Positions 54,767-64,000 of a DNA stretch of 64,000 bases are shown one piece after another (the first letter of the stretch is position 1; every line of letters starts with the position of its first letter). The translations under genes and the position numbers were made by a program. A model generated the notes under the pieces. That model saw only the letters and a program-made list of their open reading frames with translations, searched no databases and was not told the origin of the DNA. The stretch spans positions 186,001 through 250,000 of the forward strand of contig OW569350.1 in NCBI GenBank assembly GCA_937625935.1, in the 5' to 3' direction. This DNA is from Tetramitus jugosus (lineage: Eukaryota > Protista > Heterolobosea).

Positions 54767-55755
54767 CAAAAGCCTACATTACTGAGGGTTCTCGAGTAGT
54801 CTCCTATCTCAATACTAACTCAGCCAGATGGTGCTTAACTTCTCTATTCGAAATGGGAAGAGGTGGTTCCACCATTGTATGAACGTAGACATTTATTTTG
54901 CTTTTTCACATATTTTGGCCATTTTGGCGATGAGCAACCGCAAGATTCTAAATACCAAGTCAAATGATTGTATTAAAAAAAGGAAATGAAAAGGTGATGA
55001 AGGGTGTCAATGCACCTCCTCTTCACCCTGTTCATGAATGTTCTTGCTTTCTTCTCTGCCGTGATGTTCTTCAAGAATTCTTCGGGACTCCCATATTCTT
55101 GAGCTCATGTCCACTTTCACTGCCTTCTGTTCATTATGGCCCTTGGACACCTGATCAAACAGACAGTGGAGCACACTCTCGGGCTCACTTTGACACCAGC
55201 TACACATGACCTGCATATCACCAGTGTTGTATAGATACCATACAACCTCTGCTGTGTGTAGTGTTCCACTGCGTATCTGTGCATGAAATCATTCCAGCGT
55301 CCTACTCTTGCACATCTTTCTTGGTCAAACAGAGACTGAAGATGCGATCTACTTTCCACAAACAGATTGTCCTGGTACAAGTCCGGTTCTGCACATTCGA
55401 CTGACCTCTTCCCTCCACATCCTCATCCACTCATTTGGGATACTAACACTTTCAGCACCTTAAACGATATTGCAGGCGGGAAAGATATGTTTGAATTCCT
55501 TCATACACAGAGGGTGATCGTCAACCATTAGTTGCCGCATGGTTTGTGATACCTACCTTGTAGAGCTCTTGAGAGTTGCACGTGGTTTCCTTTGCCCTCC
55601 TTCGGCGCCAAAAATAATGACAAGTTGAATCTAATGTCTACGTTCATACAATGGTGGAACCACCTCTTCCCATTTCGAATAGAGAAGTTAAGCACCATCT
55701 GGCTTAGTATTGAGATAGGAGACTACTCGAGAACCCTCAGTAATGTAGGCTTTTG
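54767..55755. repeat. ~125-bp near-perfect inverted repeat (arms 54767-54893 and 55633-55755)
   Basis: The arms are exact reverse complements except for one 4-nt indel. Confidence 0.92.
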
Positions 55756-56296
55756 TCGCTGGTTGGCGATGTGTGATCACAAGGCCTTAAGCAGCTCACC
55801 TTTTGAAACACCTTGTCCCATACGAGTTGTCTCACTGATTGATTCAATCTCTTCATATCAATGTCACATAGTACAATTCCTCTGCTCCTATCCTCCTCAC
55901 CAAGCATGTTCATCCACTCATTCCATTCCTCTCTCTTCGTATCGAGTTCACTCTGTAAAAACATCTGATACTCGATCACTTCTGGCAGTGGCAGATTCAA
56001 CATCAACCTTTTCCTCATCATCATTGACTTCACGTTGGTTTTCTCTGAATTATGGAACTCTCCTCGGATATTTGAAGAACTCAGGAAAACCATACTTTCT
56101 TTAGTCAGAAGTTGTTCGGTTTTCCTCTTGATCTAGACTCGAGGAAGAACGAGATTTTATATCCGAGCAGTTCCAAGCACATTTGAAAGCCTTCACTGTC
56201 CAAAGTCACAAAGTGGCTTGTGGGATCGCGCTTTATTCCGAGTTGCAGTCCCATTTCAAACACAACAATAGAAGTTCCAAGGACACACCAATTGTT

Positions 56297-56456
56297 CATG
56301 CATTGTTCGACTTAATGGACCGTGTCAACCATTCGAAAGCTTCGTTTGTACCTTGTCCTTTGGAAACAGATGTCATAAACACTTCGATAGATCTGCTGTG
56401 CAGACCTGCAGATTCTCCACCTGGTCCTAACTCCCAAAGCACTGAAAAGATCCATT
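56297..56456 (-). pseudogene. C-terminal fragment of a Sar1/Arf-family GTPase
   Basis: RSIEVFMTSVSKGQGTNEAFEWLTRSI resembles the Sar1 C-terminus (RP.EVFMCSV....G..E.F.WL). No G1-G4 motifs were found upstream. Confidence 0.55.
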
Positions 56457-56589
56457 TTATTATTGAAATTTAATAGAAGATATCACACCATGTCTGAAAC
56501 ATTGGTATGTTCGAGAAGTCAGCCGGAGAAACTGAACCGTTTTGTCGTTTACAGAAAAGACTAAAAACATCGGAAACTCACGAACAGAC

Positions 56590-56859
56590 ATGGAGCAACA
56601 TTATCCTTTGCATGTAGCCGCAGGAAGAGGGTTGTTACCTATTGTGAAGCATATGATTGAGGTGAAAGGGATGGACGTAAACTCGGTCGCCTCTGAAAGA
56701 ATGAACTGGACACCACTTCACTACGCTGCCTACTACAACAAGCCTGAAGTAGTCTCGTACCTATTGTCTCGAAAGGCGAGAAAAGATTTGAAGAACATGT
56801 CTGGTCGAACACCCATGGACATTTCGGCTGATATTCGTATTCAACGCTTGCTTGCTTAG
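56590..56859 (+). CDS. Small ankyrin-repeat protein
   Basis: YPLHVAA..G, WTPLHYAA......VV.YLL, GRTPMD. Confidence 0.88.
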   Translation: MEQHYPLHVAAGRGLLPIVKHMIEVKGMDVNSVASERMNWTPLHYAAYYNKPEVVSYLLSRKARKDLKNMSGRTPMDISADIRIQRLLA

Positions 56860-56925
56860 ATATCAATATAGAATAAACACTCTGTAAAATAAATATGGAA
56901 ATGTTGATCAAGTGGTTTATTCTGC

Positions 56926-57753
56926 TTACCACTTGGCGTTCAATTGCTTCAACCATGTAGCGTATGGCTCTTGAGCAAGAATTGGAATCTTGGAGAGAAC
57001 ATACTCATCGAACAATGGATACCAATCTGGCAATCCCTGTGCAAATGGAGTATGAATCACGAGCCAGTGATAGCAAAACATGATAAAGAAGAACAAGTGC
57101 AATGCCAAGAACCCTTGCAAAGCCTTTTGCAAAAATCCCTTATTGTTCACAACGCGCTTGGAAAATGGTCTCTCATTCCACAATCGAGTCATGATTGCAA
57201 TCGGATACGTGGCATACAGTGAATAACAAATGACAAATTGGATTGGATTGGTTGCTCCTTCCAATCCCGTAGCCAAACACAAAACCATGCTATACAATAG
57301 CGCACTTGAGTGAATAAAGGCCAAGGAACGATAGGAACCAGCTTTTCCAAAAAAGAAGGCAAACGCCAAAATGGCATTCACAGGTGTCAAAAACAAGATA
57401 TTGATCCATTCCATGACTTGCCAGAAAAATGGATTTTCAATCATGATTGGATCAATGTTGTTTCCCCATGGCATGTACACTTGATCAGTAATGATTTGTG
57501 GTGGCCAATTGAATGGTTTCTTTGCATGTTGTAGCTCTGGAATGGAGAGACCCATGGCTGGTCCAAGCACATTGTGATAATCAATGGTGGCCGAACTGAG
57601 AATGAACACGAGGTAGAAACCAATGATGAACAAGTCGTATGGTCTCTTGTGCAGTGGTACGACGACATCTTCTTGCTTGACTTGTTGTTGTGTAGTTTCA
57701 ACAACCTTGACTGGTGCTGCTGTAGCTGTGGTTGTTGTTTGCTTCTTACCCAT
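56926..57753 (-). CDS. EXPERA-domain membrane protein (TMEM97/EBP superfamily)
   Basis: L.KRP.DL......F.......D and DP....NP.FW....WI; several TM helices. Confidence 0.75.
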   Translation of the reverse strand: MGKKQTTTTATAAPVKVVETTQQQVKQEDVVVPLHKRPYDLFIIGFYLVFILSSATIDYHNVLGPAMGLSIPELQHAKKPFNWPPQIITDQVYMPWGNNIDPIMIENPFFWQVMEWINILFLTPVNAILAFAFFFGKAGSYRSLAFIHSSALLYSMVLCLATGLEGATNPIQFVICYSLYATYPIAIMTRLWNERPFSKRVVNNKGFLQKALQGFLALHLFFFIMFCYHWLVIHTPFAQGLPDWYPLFDEYVLSKIPILAQEPYATWLKQLNAKW

Positions 57754-58030
57754 GATGTTGGATGTGATTGTTGTTGTTGTCTCGAAGGTGTTTTGTGTTT
57801 GAGGGTGGTTGTGTTTGCTGCAGCGGATAGAAAAAGCGAGGGAAAAACGGAGTCAGCGATCCCTATGGATAGTCCTGATCGGTATCTCCTGTGTTTGTGC
57901 CGACGGTTGTGTGTGAAATGTAGCATGTCACAAACGCTCGTGAAAGGTCACTTGTCTCCGTCCGTAAATAAAATGTCCAAGATGATCAAACAAAAAAAAA
58001 TTTGTTTCAAGGTGGTGTGAAAAAAAAACT

Positions 58031-58423
58031 TTATTGCTCAATCTTGGCAATAATCTCATCTTCTCTGTACATGAACATTTCTTGACCATCAAAAAGAGTC
58101 TTTTGTCCTTCGTAGTTTGGCAACAAAACCTTGTCTCCAACCTTCAAAACAGGTTGCTTGTCAATGCCTTGACCAATAGCAACAACTTCACCTTCGCTGT
58201 TTTGGCTCTTGTTGATGGTTTCTGGAATGTAGAGGCTACCAACCTTCTTTTCAGTCTCTCTGACAACCTTCTTGATGAGGACTCTGTCGAACAATGGGAT
58301 CAATCTGCGAACGGAGGACTATTTTTTTTAATTGGTATCAAGTTGTGATATTATGGTGTGAGTATGAGTGAGATCCACAGAGCTTTGGAGTATCGATTGA
58401 TGACGATGATCAATACATACCAT
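58031..58423 (-). CDS. HSPE1: 10-kDa chaperonin (mitochondrial Cpn10); exon 1 is the ATG only (58423-58421), exon 2 is 58318-58031
   Basis: RRLIPLFDRVLIK, GEVVAIG.G, LKVGDKVLLP.Y.G, YREDEIIAK. Intron GTATGT...TAG at 58420-58319. Confidence 0.92.
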
Positions 58424-58643
58424 TTTGTATTTTTTGGGGAGATGTTTTCTGCTTGTGTGTGCTTGTTTGATTTTTTGTTGGGAGATCGCGTGAGGAGAGG
58501 ATGCAAAGGTTCATCCTATGTGGAAAAATATTGGGCGGAATTCACTCAAGCGGAGCAATAAATTGAAATTCCGAAGGGCTTCCTTGAAAGCTAATTGAAA
58601 TGTTACAAAGTGTGTTTTCAGTGGGGAGCAACGAGAGGCATAT

Positions 58644-61431
58644 TTATTCTTTGTCATTGCTGTCAGAGCTCTCATCCTTTTCCTCTTCTCTCGTTTCTGA
58701 CGAGGTAGGGTCAGGTTGTTGTTCGGTGTTTGCTGCTGTTGACGGTTGTTCCTCTTCTGTCTGCTGTTCAAGCATTGAGTCACCATCTTCTTGTTTTTCC
58801 TCGCTCTCTGGCTGAGATGACCCTTCAATTGTTGGTTGAATAGGATATGCTTCCTCGTTGTGTGCTTGTGTTTGCAGGGCCGACTCGGATGTCGATGCAG
58901 GATCTTCACCTGACTGGTTGTTTTCTGAATCTATGCGATCTTCAGTCGTAATGACACTGTCCTTATCACTCACTGTATTGTCGGATATATTGCCCATATC
59001 TTCGACTTGTTGTGTTTCCTTCTGACTGGCTGTGGCGACGTTTGTTGGAGGAGTGACAGTATGAGCAGACACGAACTGAAGATTAAATAGTCGGCAGAAT
59101 GCCCTTCTCCTCTCATTCACTGCATTTGTAATGGCTCTATTGATCACATGCGTACCTCTTCCACACTTGCGCGCGTCATCAAACACAACAATTTCATCGC
59201 ATACTGTTGTACTTGTTGCTGGTCCTGTTTTATGTACGCACATGAGTCTCATAGAGTCTTTGTTCTCTGGTTCGATTGTACACTTGAGATAGAATAACGA
59301 TATGGCCATGACTACTCTCGCGAATCCGTTGGAACATCCGCTTGTTTCGACAAGATACAATGCATGACTGTCCAACACGACTCCATACTTTCTCTTCTTC
59401 ACATCTCTCATGGCTCGATAGTCAAAATAGGGCGAACTGTGTACATAGGTCATGTTGTTAGGCAGAGGTATCTGTGCACCTTCAGTCTTTGGAGTGCCCA
59501 TATGACAAACGAATTCGAGCAACAAATGTCGTTCATTCTTGTTTGGTAGTGTCCGTATGAGAATAATAACAATGTGCATGAGTCGCGCCAATTCCTCGCT
59601 TTCACTGAGGGGAGTTCTCGAGTGAGACAATATAAAGGATGGAGGATTGTTCAATAGTAAGATAGGATCGCCGAATAATTGATCTTGTTTCATTCTCAGC
59701 AGTTGCAAGTAATTGTTGTGTTGAATGCCCATGCAGTTGCACAACTCTACAAAATCAGTTGACGAATAAGCCTTGTGCAACTGGGTTTCGTACTTTGATA
59801 GAATATTAGCAACAGTGTCATAGTGAGATGGTAACAGTGTCACATCCATTGCCTCGATCACTCTCGTTACCAAGTGATACGAAACAATCTTTTGTAGTCT
59901 ATAATCATCGAATAGAGACAGCAAAAGGTCCACCCAACTCGAATTCTTGTTTGCCAAAATCTCTGAGCAGTCTGGATGTTGCACATAGGGCGTATCATAT
60001 GTCCTTGGTTCGATCGTAACTTGGACTTTTGATTCAGATTCGCTTTCAGATAATAGTACATTGATCGGACGCCATTCAATCACATCTTCTGCCGTAGGAA
60101 GCTTATACAGCTCAAGCATGGCCAATTGTTGTGGAGTGACCTCTCTATTGGACAAAACTGAATAAATAACACATAATAGAGAACTCACTTCACACTCTGT
60201 ACCACTCTTGGCAATATTTTGCATTTTTTGTAGACTGATCCAACTACCGAATATAAAATCAAATAGGTCGTTCACCATGGCATCGTACGAGAATATGAGA
60301 AACAGTTGAGAAATGAAAAAGAGTTTGATACTGAGTTGCACATTCTACACAATCACATGTGTGTTCATTCATCATCATCATCATCACCATAAATCATCAT
60401 TTCATGTGCACAAAAAACCAGGAACAAAGTGTAAGCAACAAGGTCAAAAAGTCAAACAACAAACAATCACTCATCAACAAGAAATCATACATCATCATTC
60501 AAAAACGGAATCACTGCACTCGCCATCAAATACTCTCTCAATTTCTTTTCTATCGATGGACCGATACAACTCTGAAACACATCACCCAGATAATACAAGT
60601 GATCCAATTGATCGGCACAAACTGTTTCAATAGCCATTGAATTCTCTGATACCAGAGTTGAAATCTTCAAGAATTGATCCCACGTGTACAGTGCCATTCG
60701 TTCAAAATACGCATCCGACGTATCAGCCACAAACTGGTGCATGGCCGCATCATTCACTACATGATATGAATGAATCAATGAGCAACAACATACATTATCA
60801 TCATTATAAATTCACATAAATTCACACATTATTACTTACCAGAATAAATGTTCAACGTAATGGTTCGAACTGCAATTTGAACCATGCTCTCATTCGAATC
60901 TGCAAACTCAATCGCTCTCTCATACAATTGAAACTTTCTCTTGTCCACATCAAAAAAGAATTGAACCATTTCCCGGTCCAACTTTAACGATATCGTTTTC
61001 AAGAATGTGATATAGTAGGCCAACAATTCCTCATCCAACGCAAAATCAAACTTGTGCACAATCAGTTCATTCACCTTGTTATTACTCAACAAGTAGTACA
61101 ATGAATTCTTGGTGTTCAAATTCTGAATCATAATGGACAATGTTTGAATGAGTTGCTTCTTGATTGTAATGGTGCTCGTCTTTTGTTCCAACACGTAGAA
61201 AAAATAGTCCAAAATATTTTTTTCGAGGAAAAAGTCCCAAACAGCAGCATCATTCTGATCTCCCCATACGACCAATTCAGAAATGGACCTTAGTGTTTCA
61301 ACGACAACGGGTTGATTCTCTCTTGTGACGATTCGATGCTTGTTCAATTGAATGTACAATTGTTTGAGTTTGTCGAGTGAGAATTTGGGTGTTTTGGGCT
61401 CAAATATTCGATTGACAAAGTTTTTGAGCAT
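58644..61431 (-). CDS. CLEC16A: CLEC16A/TT9 (FPL domain) protein; exons 61431-60840, 60756-60491, 60344-58644
   Basis: VVETLRSISELVVWGDQND..VWDFFLEKN, YYLLSNN.VNELI.HKFDF, ESMV.IAVRTITLNIY. Two GT-AG introns are in frame. Confidence 0.88.
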
Positions 61432-62091
61432 GGTTGTTGTTAATGTTGATGTTGATGTTGATACTTTTGGGGATACACAATGTCGTCGAGCAAAATTTCT
61501 TTGGCGGCGCAGAGCTTTTTCGGAGTTTGGCTACACATTCTTTTTTGGGAGTGGAAGCGTTTGCCAGACGGAGTTACTCCTGACTACGATTGGTTTAATC
61601 TGTCACATAAGATGTCCTTTTTAAGAATCTGAATAGTGCGTGCAGTTCTTTAAATTGACAAAATACACTTGTTCTTTTTTATAAGTGTTGAAGCATAAAT
61701 TGTTCTTTGGGTTGTTCCCACATATGAATGATCCCTTTTGCTCTTTCTGGAAGTACCAACTTTGAGACAGTTGACTTATCTTTCTTTCTCCTGATCTTCC
61801 AGATTCGATCTGATAGTTACTAAGTAACTATTTTGCTCCCCACTCCATCCACAAGGATGAATAACTCAGGTCTACTGTGACGTCATGTTAGCCACACTTG
61901 AGACACCCAGGATTCGGCTTCGAAGTTTCCACAGCAGTCATATCTGGACAATGAATCGAAACATACTTGGATACAGCTTCACGAGGAAATTTCATTGTAA
62001 CACACTGACAAACGTTCCATGCCGGCGCACTTGAATCCACAAACTCAAACACTCTAGTGGAGTACCAAAGGACGGCAAGAGGACGAGATAT

Positions 62092-62523
62092 GTGGTTGAA
62101 AAGACCCAATATTCAACACACTACACGATCAAGGTCGGTCTAAACTCTCTGTTTGCACATCATCCAACACTACTACCCACCATTCGAGAGAAGGCTCATG
62201 AGATTACAATAATGGCCATTTGGCTCACAAGATTTGTCAATCTATTCGTCCTAAGGCACTTGGAAGGTATGTCAAAGTTCCTTCACTAAATCAAGCGTTT
62301 CTTCAACGTATCGGTTCTGTGTTTCTTCTTTTAAATATTGCCCTGGACGGCGTTCCCTTTTCCTCAAGTGAGCTGTAGATAATTCCATATCTAGTTCGGC
62401 GGAGAATTTGACCAGTCACGAACAATTTTACAAAACGCGATGTCTATCGGTTTCGCTCATCAACGGGCGAGAGCACCAAAAAACGAAGTATTCATGAATG
62501 CAATGTCGAGGCATTCTTCATGA
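62092..62523 (+). pseudogene. Possible N-terminal remnant of a Fanzor1 (eukaryotic TnpB-like) gene
   Basis: YTIKVGLNSLF...LLPTIREK..EIT.MA....RFVNLFVLRHLE, then after a frameshift VPSLNQAFLQR, and later KNEVFMN..R. This resembles the recalled Fanzor1 N-terminal pattern. No RuvC motif is visible. Confidence 0.45.
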
Positions 62524-63056
62524 TAGTAACATCCCTACCGTCTTTTTGTGACAAAGAAACGGGAGTTGCTGGATGATTTGTGGGTTGACCATTCAATCAC
62601 ACGAGTTGCTTCAGATGTGATTATTGAGGACTCCTCTTCTTGCCCAAAGATGTGTTCATGAATTTCGACCTATTTCTCTTTATTTGTGGGCACCTGTGTG
62701 TGAGTGTCGCCCCTTCCCCCTACAAGACAGTAAATTAGTCATCACCAATCAAAAAACAATCGTTTTGTGCAACAAAAATTTTCTCGCCTCAGCAACAACA
62801 ATTGAGAAAAACATAAACCACGCACAAAAACCCCACACACCACACACCCCCAAAACTACACACAACAAACGCAAAAAACAAAAAATCATTTTTTTTCTGC
62901 TCGCACCAACATTACACACTGTTAGGCAGACATTTTTATTGATTTATTTCGAAACGCGCACATACAACCAAACGACTACTACTACTACTGGACAACCTAT
63001 TACTACACAACCTACACAACACACCTTGTACAAACAAATACCCCCTTTTTTAAAAA

Positions 63057-64000
63057 ATGTCAAAAGGACCTCATGACTGGAAATTTCAACAAGTGTTTGG
63101 AGACACAAAAAGCGAAGAAGCTGTTGATGCTGATATAATCTCTGCTGTCGAGTTTGATCAAACTGGTAATTATTTGGCGATTGGTGACCGTGGTGGAAGA
63201 GTTGTGATTCTGGAACGAAATAAGAGCAAGGTGTGTATCACTATCATCATGTTGATTTTTCACATTTTTTCACATTTTCATGCAAGCAGTTGACTCACCA
63301 ATCATTTTGTTTTTTGTCTCTATGTTGTTGTCTACCACTACGACTCGATTCTCTTTGAATGATGATGCAAAAAATATCAACACACATACAGAGAGGTGCT
63401 GAATACAGAGTCATGACAGAATTTCAGAGTCATGAACCAGAGTTTGACTACTTGAAGAGTTTGGAAATTGAAGAAAAGATTAACAAGATTAAGTGGTGTC
63501 ATCCAACTGGTTCAAACAATCACTTTTTGCTCACATCAAATGGTATGAATGAGAAAAGCTTTCTTCATGTTTGATGATCATTTCACAAACAAACATTTTT
63601 TACTAACAACAACCTCAACAACAACCATATCAAACCAACAATTTTTAGACAAGACTATCAAATTGTGGAAAGTGTACGAAAAGCAAGTGAAAAAGGTGTC
63701 TGGAATGAATTTGAATGGCACTCTCAAGAATGCATCCGGTATGAAGGAACTCAAAGTTCCAAGAGTAGCAAAGGGTGACAGAGTCATTGCCCATGTACCA
63801 AAGAAGGTCTATGGCAGTGCTCATGCCTATCACATTAACTCTATCTCACTCAACAGTGATGGTGAAACATTTATCTCTGCAGATGATCTGAGGATAAATA
63901 TGTGGCACGTGGACCACACAAGGGACAGTCACAGTATGTATAGTAGTTGTTTGTTTTTTACTCCACGAGTTTTTTTTGACGTTTTTTTTTGTTGTTGTTG
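63057..64000 (+). CDS. PPP2R2: PP2A regulatory subunit B55 (WD40), 3'-partial; exons 63057-63230, 63392-63542, 63649-63933
   Basis: [49 protein letters not shown]|[34 protein letters not shown]. Confidence 0.95.

Noticed and set aside
61890-61960. LETPRIRLRSF resembling a RimJ/RimL GNAT start
   Set aside because: Too short, and no downstream GNAT motif was found.
1-64000. CRISPR array, rRNA or prokaryotic operon structure
   Set aside because: No repeat-spacer arrays or rRNA motifs were seen; spliceosomal introns and the gene content are eukaryotic.

Overview
Gene-dense eukaryotic (protist) DNA using the standard code, with short GT-AG introns and poly-Q/N tracts. Centriole and axoneme genes suggest a flagellate stage; the style resembles Heterolobosea/Discoba (inference only). 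About 25 housekeeping-type genes are recognisable (DHTKD1, COMMD3, USP47-like, SELENBP1, TCAIM, CEP131, GINS1, GSKIP, MCAT, HSPE1, CLEC16A, PP2A-B55 and others). The main accessory feature is an ~8-kb island (~4100-11970). In it, many fragments of one L1/Tx1-like non-LTR retrotransposon family (RRM-like ORF1; APE-RT-CCHC ORF2) are stacked around an intron-containing tRNA-Cys gene and a tRNA-Cys pseudogene. Every recognised fragment points away from the adjacent tRNA gene, which looks like a tRNA-gene-targeted retroelement system analogous to Dictyostelium TRE5/TRE3. Other unusual items: a kinase-NACHT-HEAT NLR-like STAND protein, a cathepsin B-like protease with an inserted CBM52-like module, a frameshifted Pif1 helicase with an intact novel N-terminus, a possible Fanzor1 remnant, a candidate structured intergenic RNA and a ~125-bp inverted repeat. 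All assignments come from motif recognition by eye; no searches were run.
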